A stretch of 63,222 nucleotides of DNA, counting the filler, from Planctomycetota bacterium (GTDB lineage Bacteria > Planctomycetota > Planctomycetia > JALXBF01), in assembly GCA_026991575.1 (NCBI GenBank). It is 8 parts of 8 records of this genome, joined end to end, with 100 filler letters (N's around TTAATTAATTAA, not from the genome) between each part and the next. Parts side by side here need not be neighbours in the genome. Positions count along the whole stretch, not along the records: positions 14,880 to 41,805 come from JALXBF010000019.1; 7 more parts are not named here. One strand, 5' to 3'. The position numbers and the translations under genes were made by a program. The notes beneath the pieces were generated by a model. That model did no database searches. It had not been told where the DNA came from and saw only the letters and a list, made by a program, of their open reading frames with translations. Positions 28,624-38,454 of the stretch are shown here, piece after piece (position 1 is the stretch's first letter; each line of letters starts with the position of its first letter).

Positions 28624-30593
28624 GTGCGCGTCGGAGCGCGTTGGAGCAGCGAGGTGGAAGTCCTGGCCAGGGTTTGGTCTGGCCCCTGTAGCCGAAGGTA
28701 ACTGCGGCTTCGTGAGGGGGCGTGGAGAGCAACCGGAGGCGAACGAGTAGTCCGCACGAGAGGAACCCGATTCGGCCTGACGTCGTGGCGAGCCTGCCGG
28801 GTACTGGCGAAGCCCAAGATGCCTTGTCGGGAGGCAAGGTCAGCATCCGGGGGAAACAAACCGATCCGGATGGCGACGTGGGGTGGCTGGTGGCGGAATG
28901 CTCGGAAGGTCCGACGACGTGAACGACGGAGGCCTGATGGGCACAGGACGCGAGGAACCTGCGGTACATCAGGGTATAGGGTGGGCCCTGTAAGATGTCC
29001 CCCGGCCAGCCGCTTGGTGCTCGGCGGATTGGAGCGAACCGGAGCAGCCAACCGACAGGAGAAGCGGCCCATCAGGAGTCAGAGGGTCGCAAGCAAGCGA
29101 GGAAGCGGGGTAATGCCCGTGGAGCGAAGGGACCCAGGAAGGTGGATGCGTGGAGAACGGGGCTACGGAAGTGACACCACCGTCAGTGCCCGAGAGGGCT
29201 AAACAAGGTGGAGAGGCGGTACTTCCGGGGACGGGACTGCGCGTCAAACCGTGGGTCTGGACGAAGCGCATGGCAACGGCCCTCGTAGAGGGGGTGAAAG
29301 GAGGACGCTGGTACAGCCTGATCGACAAGGTCTTTTCCCTACGGACGCTCTGGAAGGCTGCGGAGCGGGTGACTCGCCAGAAGCGGAAGGCGGCCGGAGT
29401 GGACCATGTGACGCCGGAGCAGTTTGGCCGACGGCTGGAGGCAGAGGTAAGGAAGCTGTCGGCGGAGCTTCGGAGTGGGCGCTACCGGCCGCAGGCGATA
29501 CGGCGGGTGAACAGCCCGAAGCCCGGCAGTCGGGAAAAGCGGCCGTTGGGGATACCGACAGTGCGGGATCGGGTAGTGCAGGCCGCGGTCCTGGACGTGA
29601 TCGAGCCGATCTTCGAGGTAGGGTTTGCGGAGCACAGTTATGGGTTCCGACCCGGCCGCAGCTGCAAAGACGCGTTGAGGCGCGTCGACCAGTTGGTGCA
29701 GAGCGGCTACGGGTACGTGGTGGACGTGGACCTGAAGAGCTACTTTGACTCGATTGCGCACGATCGGTTGATGTCCCTCATCGCCGCGAAGATCAGCGAC
29801 AGCCGGCTGATGGCGTTGATTGAGGGATTTCTGAAGCAGGGGGTGATGGACGAACTGGCGGAGTGGACGCCGGAGAGCCGGACTCCCCAGGGGGCGATCA
29901 TCAGTCCGCTGCTCAGCAACATCTACCTCGATCCGCTGGATCATTTGCTGGCGTCACACGGCTTCGAGGCGGTGCGCTACGCCGACGACCTGGTGATCCT
30001 GTGTCGGAGTCGGGAGGAGGCGGAGGCCGCGTTGGCCTTGGTTCAGAGGTGGACCGAGGAGGCGGGGCTGAAGCTGCATCCGGCGAAGACGCGGATTGGC
30101 ACGCACGAGGAGGGTTTTGAGTTTCTGGGGTATCGTTTTCAACGGGCGAAGCGAACAGGGCGAGCGAATCGCTATCCCCGAAAGAAGGCGATCCAGAAGT
30201 TGAAGGACGCGATACGTGCGAAGACTCGTCGGACGGACGCGCGTCGTTTGCCGGTGATCATAGAGGATGTGAACAAGACGCTTCGTGGGTGGTTTCAGTA
30301 CTTCAAACACGCGCACTGGACGACGTTCGAGCCCTTGGACAAGTGGGTGCGACGTCGGTTGCGTTCCATCCTGCGCCGGCGGCTCGGTTTGCGTGGGATA
30401 TCGAAAGGCCGCGACCATCAGCGCTGGCCGAACGCCTTCTTTGCCGGGCATGGGTTGTTGAGCCTGAAGGCAGCCCATGCGGCGGCCTGTTGCTCCTCTC
30501 GTAGGTAAGACCACCGACCGGAGAGCCGTATGCGGGAGAACCGCACGTACGGTTCGGAGCGGGCCCCGGGCAACCGGGGCTTGCTACCCCTAT
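28624..30593 (+). mobile_element. Complete group II intron
   Basis: 5' GTGCG at 28624; domain V GAGCCGTATGCGGGAGAACCGCACGTACGGTTC (AGC triad) after the ORF; domain VI ending CCCCTAT at 30593; candidate EBS1 loop CGGTA (28962-28966) complementary to 5' exon TACCG (28619-28623). Confidence 0.9.
29150..30508 (+). CDS. ltrA: Group II intron reverse transcriptase/maturase without endonuclease domain
   Basis: AAGVD, RPLGIPTVRDRVVQ, SYGFRPGRS, DLKSYFD, TPQGAIISPLLSNIYL, RYADD, FEFLGY, X domain RGWFQYF; no HNH tail. Confidence 0.95.
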   Translation: MENGATEVTPPSVPERAKQGGEAVLPGTGLRVKPWVWTKRMATALVEGVKGGRWYSLIDKVFSLRTLWKAAERVTRQKRKAAGVDHVTPEQFGRRLEAEVRKLSAELRSGRYRPQAIRRVNSPKPGSREKRPLGIPTVRDRVVQAAVLDVIEPIFEVGFAEHSYGFRPGRSCKDALRRVDQLVQSGYGYVVDVDLKSYFDSIAHDRLMSLIAAKISDSRLMALIEGFLKQGVMDELAEWTPESRTPQGAIISPLLSNIYLDPLDHLLASHGFEAVRYADDLVILCRSREEAEAALALVQRWTEEAGLKLHPAKTRIGTHEEGFEFLGYRFQRAKRTGRANRYPRKKAIQKLKDAIRAKTRRTDARRLPVIIEDVNKTLRGWFQYFKHAHWTTFEPLDKWVRRRLRSILRRRLGLRGISKGRDHQRWPNAFFAGHGLLSLKAAHAAACCSSRR

Positions 30594-30720
30594 CTCTGTT
30601 GATGGCCAGCGCGGGCGGCACGAGTTTTCTTTTTCTCCCTTCCATTTGAAAAATCCCCCCGGCGCCGCGGACCTTGTCCGCGGCGTCGGCAGCGTAGGAT
30701 CGCGCCCCAGCCGGGAGGAC
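30594..30720 (+). repeat. Hairpin-GTTGATGG repeat, copy A (its upstream hairpin 28600-28618 is separated by the intron)
   Basis: Aligns with 49765-49890: CTCTGTTGATGG..AGCGC.GGCGG, T-rich tract, CCATTTGAA.AA, 12-bp stem G.CGCCGCGGAC/GTCCGCGGCGTC. Confidence 0.85.
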
Positions 30721-31094
30721 AGCTGGCGGGTTCATTCGGCAATTTCCCCCGGCGGGGTTTCGCGTAGGAGTCGTCCCGCTCTTCCTCTCGCGGATGGACT
30801 CGCACCCCGCGCGCGGGCCGGTGCGCGCGGCCGCGGCGCCGACCCCACGGCGGTCTCTCCGCGCGCCCCGGCCGAGCGTTCCCCGGGAGTGAAGTTGTCA
30901 ACCCGCGCGCGTGCGGAGCAGCGCCCCGGTGCTCCCGCTTCCCTCCCGCGAGGCGGCAATCGCCCGTCCACGGTGCGCCGCGCACCGCTCCAGGGGCCCC
31001 GCCAACACCGCGGTCCCACGAGCCGCCGTTACGGCCTGCCCCCGGCCCCGTCGCCCTCGAACGTGCCCCCAGAGTTGGCGACGGTGCAGGTGGG

Positions 31095-31639
31095 ATGACG
31101 GTGTCTGTAGCGGATGGGCCTCCGTGGTTGTGGTCGCCGGCGGAACTGCGTTTTCCGGATGCGATTCACCTGCTGGACTGGTACCACCTTAAGGCGCGTG
31201 TGTGTGAGGTGGGCGAGGCGCTGTACGGGACAGATCGGGACAGCTTCAGCAGTGGATGAACCGGATACTGGATCTGCTCTGGCAGAGCCGATGGAAGGAA
31301 GCGGAGCAGGAGCTGGAAAAGGAGCGTCGACGCTGCGTTCGAAAGCGAAGCGTGAGTTGCTGCGTCGGTTAGTGGGGTACATCCGCAACAACCGGGAGCG
31401 GATTGACTACGCTCGGTACCGGGAGTTGGGGATCCCGCTGGGGAGCGGCCGGGTGGAAGGAGCGTGTCGGCACCTGGTGGGGAAACGGTGCAAGGGATCC
31501 GGGACGCGAAACTGGAAGCCTTCGCGGTGCGGATCGATTCTCGCTTTGAGGGCAGGCGTCTACGAACGCAGGTTCTACCGTCTCTGGGAGGAACACATCC
31601 GGCCCGCCGCCTGGCGCTACAGAAAATCGGCCGCACCCC
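31095..31639 (+). pseudogene. ISKra4-family (UPF0236) transposase 3' remnant with frameshifts
   Basis: Pieces in three frames: VADGPPWLW...LLDWYHL, QQWMNRILDLLW, YIRNNRERIDYARYRELGIPLGSGRVEGACRHLV..R.K..G..W; possible right end ...CCGCACCC. Confidence 0.85.
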
Positions 31640-31647
31640 GTGGCGGG

Positions 31648-33342
31648 TCAGTGTGGCGCGGCGAAGCGGGCGTCGTGTCCTAGGTAGGGGCGAACCAGCC
31701 TGTCTAGTTCGAGGACAGCGAGGAGCGTCGGGTTCGTCACGTCGATCCGGACCATCCGCGCCATCTCGGAGCAGGCCTCTCGACGCTGGTCCATCAGCCT
31801 TCGAATGACCTGCTGAACCTTCGAGTTGGACGCCGCCCAGCTCATCGCGGCCAACGCGATCACGACGCTGGGCAGAACCGATAGGAAGAAGGCGGAGAAG
31901 AGTCCACCGAAAGTGGGGACTGGGATGTTCGACCAATCCAGTGCCTTCCCGTGCAGTACGACCCCGCGCCAGAACTGCCAGTAGTCCAGGTACCAGGCGA
32001 GGATCGGAGCCGAGAACAGGGTCCAGAAGGCTGCGGTACTGAGCAGTGCGGTTACCTTTCCGACCGCAGGCCCGGTGCTGCTCGCACGCACCGCCGATGC
32101 CAGACGGCTCTTGCACCATTGCACCGCGTCGGTCAGTCCCACAATCTCGAACTGGGGTTGCTGATTCTCGTGGCGATCGTCATCTGATGTGGTATCGCTA
32201 CCAGGCAGTCCAGCTTTCAAGGTGTCGAGAGCCCTGCTGATTTGTGGCGCGATGTCAGCCCGGGTCTGTTGTGGTACGGTGATGGCCCAGTCGAACTGCA
32301 CCTTACCCAGACGGGTGACGTTGCCGGCTGCCTTCAGCACGGCGCGGAGCGCCTGTCCAGTCCAGCCGAACATTGCCAGGATCACCCGGTCCCACGCGCC
32401 GGCGGTCAGCGCGAGCATAGCTGCGACCGTTCGGTAGGGAAACGCCCACGGGGGGATCGTCTCCAGGAATTGCGCACGAAGGATGCTTCGTACTTGCATG
32501 CGGACGTTTTCCTGGTCGGACAGGATCGTGTCCGCGATGCGGTCGGCCACGGTCTTTTTGGCCTCGGCCACGCGCTGGCGGTATTGCTCGAGGCTGTGGC
32601 TCAGTCGTTCGAACAGTGGTGAGCAGATTCGAGCGGCCCTGGCCTTGAACGCTTCCGCGATGCGGGCTCGGCTGGGGGTCTGCGCCACTGCCCGCTTCGT
32701 GGCTTCGGTCAGCGCCTCGGCCAGCCTCCGCTTGCGGTCCTTGGTTCCGGGTGGGGCTTCGACGAGGATCGGCTCGAGCAGTTCCGCGTTGGGACTTGCT
32801 TCTTGCCACCGCTTCAGATACCGATCGATGTCGATCCGGTCCTCGGGCTGATCGATCACAATCACGGGCTGCACGACGCCGGCCCCGGCTGCCTGGAGGG
32901 CATCTTCAATGCGGCTGTCCCGAATCGAGTCCTGTGGCACGAGGAGGAGCTTCGGAATGATTGGTGGAATAGCGGCGAGTTGCTTGTCGACATCCGTGTC
33001 TGCATTGATAACCGGGCCGGTATGCACGCTGATCGGCTTGCCGTCCACGTGGATCTGATAGCCGCTGTCCGCCAGCCACCTGTTGGCGGGCTGGGCAACG
33101 CCATCGTGGAACGGCACGATGACCACGCCGGAATTGCGGCTGGCCCGAAGAACGCTCCGTTCATAGCGCTCGGCAAGCTCTGCCAGAGCCGCCGGCAGGT
33201 GTCGGAACTCGGGCACGTCGCCAGTCAGCTCGAAAACGAGAACGCGTAGCCGCTCAATGTACTGCCGTGCCTCGTCGAGTGCCGGGTCGACCGTCTCGGC
33301 GGCAGCGGACGCGGATTGGGGGGCGTTTGTGAGTCTATTCAC
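31648..33342 (-). CDS. Membrane-anchored protein, probable degenerate paralogue of the upstream GTPase
   Basis: GTG after GGAGGG; LLVPQDSIRD resembles FVITYDQLRD of the upstream gene; no intact G1 motif; C-terminal hydrophobic helices. Confidence 0.6.
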   Translation of the reverse strand: MNRLTNAPQSASAAAETVDPALDEARQYIERLRVLVFELTGDVPEFRHLPAALAELAERYERSVLRASRNSGVVIVPFHDGVAQPANRWLADSGYQIHVDGKPISVHTGPVINADTDVDKQLAAIPPIIPKLLLVPQDSIRDSRIEDALQAAGAGVVQPVIVIDQPEDRIDIDRYLKRWQEASPNAELLEPILVEAPPGTKDRKRRLAEALTEATKRAVAQTPSRARIAEAFKARAARICSPLFERLSHSLEQYRQRVAEAKKTVADRIADTILSDQENVRMQVRSILRAQFLETIPPWAFPYRTVAAMLALTAGAWDRVILAMFGWTGQALRAVLKAAGNVTRLGKVQFDWAITVPQQTRADIAPQISRALDTLKAGLPGSDTTSDDDRHENQQPQFEIVGLTDAVQWCKSRLASAVRASSTGPAVGKVTALLSTAAFWTLFSAPILAWYLDYWQFWRGVVLHGKALDWSNIPVPTFGGLFSAFFLSVLPSVVIALAAMSWAASNSKVQQVIRRLMDQRREACSEMARMVRIDVTNPTLLAVLELDRLVRPYLGHDARFAAPH

Positions 33343-33473
33343 GGTTTCCCTCCGCTTCTTGCCAGGCCCGTCCGATGTCTTCACGGGTGGTGCTGGACAA
33401 CGCGACAGGCCGCGCTGGTGTGCGCGTCTTAGCTGCCTGAACGAGCCACCGCTTCTGACCGTCCCTCCGCGGC

Positions 33474-35585
33474 TCAATTGTCTGCATCGTTTGCTTCCCG
33501 CAGCACTGCCTCTAGCTGCCCGCGCCAGCGCGTGAAGTGGCCGGTCGGCTTCCACTCGCCAAGGTGTCGGTCCAACGCGACCAGTGGCTCGCACCGTACG
33601 TTTGCCACGTGGGCGTCACGCTCCGAGAGCAGTTCAAACTTGCGTCCGGCCGTCGTACGGGGCGCACTGCTACGAGGCAGTCCCAGAGTGTCGCACAGGA
33701 GGTAGTGCATTGCAGACCAGTAACGCCGCTGGTCGTACCGTACGAACTCCGCCAGTTTCGGACTGACGAGTCGGCTGATCCCACCGCCTGCAGCGGAGAC
33801 GACCAGAAGCACGGCCCCTGGAAGCGCCGACACTTTGCCCAAGATTTGCATGACCAGGCCAAGCCAGACCAGCACGGTGGCGCCTGCATCCGCCACAGAC
33901 AACAGCAGACCGACGGGGAAGAAAAACCCACCGGCGGCAAGCGCTAGCTTGCGGCGCCGGGGGAGATCCCGCCAGAATGCCTGGGCTGCCCGGTCCAACC
34001 GGTCCGAGTCATAGGTGAATGACTCTTGGATCTTGTAAATGGTCTTTAGCACGCGTGCACACGCCGCATCCAGTTGCTTGGGGTCAACATCCCGCGGAAA
34101 CCACTGCTGTCGTGCCAGTCGATCCGCGAGGTTCTGGTCGCTGAGCGCGATGATTTCTGATCCGCTGGGTTCGTGGCGAAAGATGCGATTCTTTCCTTTT
34201 GCCAGAGCATCCCTAGCCTGCTCGAACGTGTCAAGCCCTACGACTTTCTTCGCGACCGACACTACATGCTCAACAGTTCTGGCAGCGGCCAGGGCAGGAC
34301 GGGCGTAGAACGGCGCGTTCCTCCGTACTGCTTCAGCGTACTGCTCAAACAACGACGGGTTAAGCACAACCAGATCTCCACCCTGTCGCTGTCTCGACAC
34401 AAACAGCTCATTTACGAAGGTGAGCACCTTTTCGGCATACTCACGTGTCCGTTGTTTCTGTCGTTCTACCCATTGGTCTATGGAATGCGCCAATTCGTGG
34501 AAGCCGTTCAGAAGCTGTGTGCGACGTGTTTGCTCGATCTCTTGCTGCAGTTTGCCCCACTGCAGTGACTCCATCAGGTCCAGAAGTGTGCCGTCCGGCA
34601 GCGGGCGGAACGCAGGCTCATCATCTGATCGCTCGATGCGGACAAACCATGGAAGAACGTCCCGAGCCGGGCCGGAGGGGGCCGGAGTGCCTAGCTCTGC
34701 TTCGCACCTCTGACGCGCCTGCTCTGGAAAAAGGTCGAGCCACCCGGGGATGCGTTGGTCGAAGGCGATGTAGATGGACTCGGCAGACTGTGCCAGTTGC
34801 TGCAGCTCGCGATGCTGGCCCAGTTCGTGCCAGGTGTCTTCGCAGGCAACCACCCGGTTGACAAGCACGTACAGCGGGACACCGTAGGCTGCTTGGCGGA
34901 CACGGTCCAGGGCCGCGGCCATATGACGGTCGCGTAGCTGATCGTACGTGATAACGAACAGCACCGCGGAGCAGATTCCGGCCGCGGCTGCCACGAAATC
35001 CAACCTGGTCTTGCTCACCGGCCCGGCCTCTCTGGTCTGCACGTCCGGGCAGTCCAGCAGGGCGAAACCCAGATTGTCCAGCTTCGGATCACCGGCAATC
35101 AGGGGCACGCCCAGCAGTTCCGGACGGTCATAACCAGAGGCGTACAGCTCTGCTGCGGCCTGAGCATCCTCGGGGAGAAAGTCCGGAGCAGTTCCGTGCG
35201 CGCGGTCCAGGAGCTCGAGAAGAGTTTCCTGTTTGCCTTCGTCCTCAAGCCAGGACTGCGGCAACCAGTACACAAACCGGTGCGTGCCCTGCGCGTCTCC
35301 GAAACCTCGCGGCACACGTCGCCGTCCCTGTTCGCTCAAGAAGGTGGCGACGACACTGGACTTGCCACCATTGAGCTGCCCCAGAACGGCAACGATCGGG
35401 CATTCGGCCACGCGGCGTGCAGCGATCCACTGGTCGCGTTGCATGCCCAGCCGGCCGAGTAGCGCCCCGGCGTCTTCAGACGTGGCCGCCCAGTGCACCA
35501 GTGTCAGCTCGCCACCCGGTGGATCGGAGCGGCTCAGGATCGGGCAGTGGTGCAGCTTCTGGAAGCTGTGGATGAGTTGTTCCAT
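33474..35585 (-). CDS. P-loop GTPase (dynamin-like/Era-like) with C-terminal membrane segment
   Basis: G1 GQLNGGKSS, G2-like GT, G3 LLDCPD, G4-like VNRV; helical stalk; hydrophobic hairpin; ATG at 35585 after GAGGA. Confidence 0.75.
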   Translation of the reverse strand: MEQLIHSFQKLHHCPILSRSDPPGGELTLVHWAATSEDAGALLGRLGMQRDQWIAARRVAECPIVAVLGQLNGGKSSVVATFLSEQGRRRVPRGFGDAQGTHRFVYWLPQSWLEDEGKQETLLELLDRAHGTAPDFLPEDAQAAAELYASGYDRPELLGVPLIAGDPKLDNLGFALLDCPDVQTREAGPVSKTRLDFVAAAAGICSAVLFVITYDQLRDRHMAAALDRVRQAAYGVPLYVLVNRVVACEDTWHELGQHRELQQLAQSAESIYIAFDQRIPGWLDLFPEQARQRCEAELGTPAPSGPARDVLPWFVRIERSDDEPAFRPLPDGTLLDLMESLQWGKLQQEIEQTRRTQLLNGFHELAHSIDQWVERQKQRTREYAEKVLTFVNELFVSRQRQGGDLVVLNPSLFEQYAEAVRRNAPFYARPALAAARTVEHVVSVAKKVVGLDTFEQARDALAKGKNRIFRHEPSGSEIIALSDQNLADRLARQQWFPRDVDPKQLDAACARVLKTIYKIQESFTYDSDRLDRAAQAFWRDLPRRRKLALAAGGFFFPVGLLLSVADAGATVLVWLGLVMQILGKVSALPGAVLLVVSAAGGGISRLVSPKLAEFVRYDQRRYWSAMHYLLCDTLGLPRSSAPRTTAGRKFELLSERDAHVANVRCEPLVALDRHLGEWKPTGHFTRWRGQLEAVLREANDADN

Positions 35586-36277
35586 CAAGTGGCTTTCCTC
35601 GCTATCGCGTCTCAATCTGCTCGGATTCGTCACGACACCATACATGCTAACTGTCCTCACCTGTCCCCTGTCTTGTAACCAGCCGCGGCGCGACCCGGTC
35701 GCGAGCGCCTGTTGGAGTCTTCGCCAGCAGCGGCTGGTGCTTGCGCGCATCTCGCAGCCGTTGCCTGCGGCGACCTTCATTCCAGCTTCGGTCGACGACG
35801 CTGCCCATGTACCGGCGACTCCTCCGCCGGCAGACCAAAGAGGAGACCGCTGTCCATCCCGGGCCGCGTTGCAGGCGATGAACGGCAGTGGCCGCTTGTC
35901 TCCTCTCATCCTCTGAACACTGGGCGCGCCAGATTTCTGACAGGGCGCGGTTCGCTGCTTGCCCGTAGTCAGTACGTCGGATTGTTTCCACCCGACCCAA
36001 GTCCGTTTGGTCGGTCGTCTCCACCGGCGATCTCCCACGCCGCGCAGGAACCGAAGTGTAAACCACGGCAGCTCGCGGCCGCTCCAGAACCCGCTTGATC
36101 CAATCCCCGAGTGGCACCCTCTCCTGACGGGTGCATTTCAGCTCTTGCAGCACACAGGTGAAACGCGGGCGGTGCTTGGGCAGCGCGTCGTGTCATCTGC
36201 TGGGGTGGTGCCCGGCGTGATGTCGGTGACAGGGGGAGCGGGAGACGAACGGATCGGTCAGCCTACGTCAGACGGGC

Positions 36278-36404
36278 GGGGGCGCTACACGCCCCCCGGT
36301 CGAAGGTTGATTGAATAGCGTCCGGGGCACGGCTCGAGAAGAAGTCCTGTCGATTCGCCGCGCTGTTCCATCAACCTTGCCGCTGAGGGGCGTAAAGTAG
36401 CCCC
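36278..36404. repeat. Miniature inverted doublet of the hairpin-GTTGATGG repeat
   Basis: Hairpin GGGGGCG/CGCCCCC; AAGGTTGATTGAATAGCG (36303-36320) inverted to CGCTGTTCCATCAACCTT (36361-36378), 16/18; hairpin GGGGC/GCCCC. Confidence 0.7.
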
Positions 36405-37238
36405 ATCTATCAGCTTCCCAGTCTGCGAAACACTCCACTGACAAGGCAAGCATGTCGGTCACCGGCTGGCTGGCACGCACACGGAGCGACCTACCGCCAC
36501 GGTTGGGCAAGAGCCGGAGCACACCCGACCCCGTGTGGCGCACGAAGAGCTGCCTGTCGTGCCCTGGGTTGACCGGCTCGAAGCGTGGCAGGAAGTTTAG
36601 TAAGGCTGGCGGCGGTGCTGGCGTTCCGGAGTCGAATTGATGTGCGCGGCGTCGACACCGTAGCCCTAAGGGTCATCTGCAGGATTTCGTTGTCAGACTT
36701 TGACCTGCTGAGACGTGTGACTAATGCACAGACCAGCGGGCGGAAGCACCGACGCGGGTCATGAGGTCTTGTCAGAATCGGGCCGCGACGTGCGTTAGTA
36801 ACCTGGCCGGCCGTATCGCTGTTGGAATAGCTGCAGGCCGCTGTCGGCCGGGGAGATGCCCTCGTTGGCCCTCGCATCGGAACGGCTGGCCGGAACCTGA
36901 CCGGCTGGGGAAAGGAAACTGCGGATGGGCGTGGCTGGGGCCGCGGCGCCCGGCACGCTGTGAGTCGAAACGGTTCGGAACGCCTGCTAACACGGTATCC
37001 GCCGGACCGCGAGGTTTCGGCTCTGGCGCTCCGTTCGCCGCTTCCTGTCAGCCTCCCGGTCGGACCACGACCGCGATCGTTCCGTAGCCAGTCGGTGTCA
37101 GAGGCCCCAGGGGAAGTGCCCAACTCGTGTAACTGCCCCGTGCGCCAGGCGATGATGCTACCGGGTCTCGAGAAATAGCTGTGTCTGCGCACGCGAGGCG
37201 GAAGAGTGTACACCACTTAAGGTATGGGAGGTGCTACG

Positions 37239-38213
37239 ATGTCGCGCGAACAAACCATTCTTCGTCAGTTTACCGAGCAGATAGAACTGCTCAAAGTAGG
37301 CGACCCGATCGCCGTCAACAACAGCGTGTCCGTCGTGCCGCTGCTTTGGCCCAGTACCGAGCCGAGCCCGGTCGAACTGTACGAGGAGTCGCTCGAACGC
37401 GGTGACGTCGAGCTGACGGAAAAAGGCGAAGGAACAGTACCCGAGATTCGGGTGCATAACCGAGGGGAACGGCCGATCCTTATCCCCGAAGGCACGATCC
37501 TTGTTGGGGCGCGGCAGAACCGCGTCGCCAACGTCACGATTATTGTCTGTGCCAAGACGTCGTTCGACCTCCCGGTCAGTTGTGTCGAGGCGGGACGATG
37601 GGGTTGGCGCTCACGGCGATTCAGACTCGGCTGGTTCGCACCTCCGTCGCTGCGCCGAGAAAAGACAAAGCACGTGTACTGGTCGTCGTCTCGGGGAGAA
37701 CGGGGACACGCGGATCAACTGCAAGTCTGGGCGTATGTGCGTAACTTCCTAGACGAGCGGGAGGTGGACAGCTTTACCGAGGATCTGGCCGAAGCATACG
37801 CGAAGTATGAGCAGCAAAAACCAATCGATCCGGATGAATTGCTGAGAAAACTGCCCGAGCAAACCGCTGGGCTGGCCGTTGCCGTCGGCGATCACATCGT
37901 CGGGCTGGACCTCTTCGACGAAGCGAAGAAACTTCGTCAAACCTTCCGACGCTTGATCGCCGGCTACCTGGCCGAGCTACTGTGGTATAGCCCATTGCAA
38001 TCGGCGAAGCTACCACCGGTGACCACCGAGGTGGCTCGGCAGTTTCTGAACCGTGTCACAAAGGCCGCTCGCGTCCGGGAAAAGCCAATCGGGATGTCCG
38101 AGGAACTGGACATAGCGAGCGATGAGCTGGTCGGGATGGCCGTCATGTACGAGGGACGGATTTGCCATATGGCGGTGTTCTCCGACAAGGAGATCCCCGG
38201 TCTATCGGGGTAA
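37239..38213 (+). CDS. ARPP-1/DUF6569-like protein
   Basis: V.E...G.VPE..V.N....PILI.EG..LVGARQNR.......PVSCVE.GRW, Q..VW, G.DLF; ATG after GGAGG. Confidence 0.75.
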   Translation: MSREQTILRQFTEQIELLKVGDPIAVNNSVSVVPLLWPSTEPSPVELYEESLERGDVELTEKGEGTVPEIRVHNRGERPILIPEGTILVGARQNRVANVTIIVCAKTSFDLPVSCVEAGRWGWRSRRFRLGWFAPPSLRREKTKHVYWSSSRGERGHADQLQVWAYVRNFLDEREVDSFTEDLAEAYAKYEQQKPIDPDELLRKLPEQTAGLAVAVGDHIVGLDLFDEAKKLRQTFRRLIAGYLAELLWYSPLQSAKLPPVTTEVARQFLNRVTKAARVREKPIGMSEELDIASDELVGMAVMYEGRICHMAVFSDKEIPGLSG

Positions 38214-38225
38214 TCGGGAGAACGT

Positions 38226-38279
38226 GGCCGGGATAAGGATCCGCTGAGCGGATGCAGACGGGCGGGATCCTTCCCGGCC
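38226..38279. terminator. GC-rich stem-loop between convergent genes, possible terminator
   Basis: GGCCGGGATAAGGATCC ... GGATCCTTCCCGGCC; no clear U-tract. Confidence 0.4.
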
Positions 38280-38454
38280 ACGTTCGACCTGCCGGACGTC
38301 GATCCAACAAATCAGAGGGCCAACGTCACTATCGAGCGGGTTTCGTGCGTCGGGCCGTTTCAACCGGCACGAGCCTGGTGTCGGGCTGAGCCCGGGGCAC
38401 CGCGCCAGGCGGCCGGGACTGGAAAGGCGACTGAATGGAACAACCAGCTACTGG

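Noticed and set aside
29150..30508. RT as a DGR, retron or CRISPR-associated RT diversifying the Rhs repeats
   Set aside because: It sits inside full group II intron boundaries with a maturase domain; differences between rhs copies are not adenine-specific; no Cas1 fusion
30597..30605. TGTTGATG as a Tn7-like transposon end, implying a CAST
   Set aside because: No tnsA/B/C or tniQ in the window, no repeated TnsB sites, and the opposite arms end CAACG/CAACC rather than CAACA
36303..36378. Repeat doublets as integron attC sites
   Set aside because: Arms run GTT...AAC, the reverse of the attC RYYYAAC...GTTRRRY order, and no integrase is present
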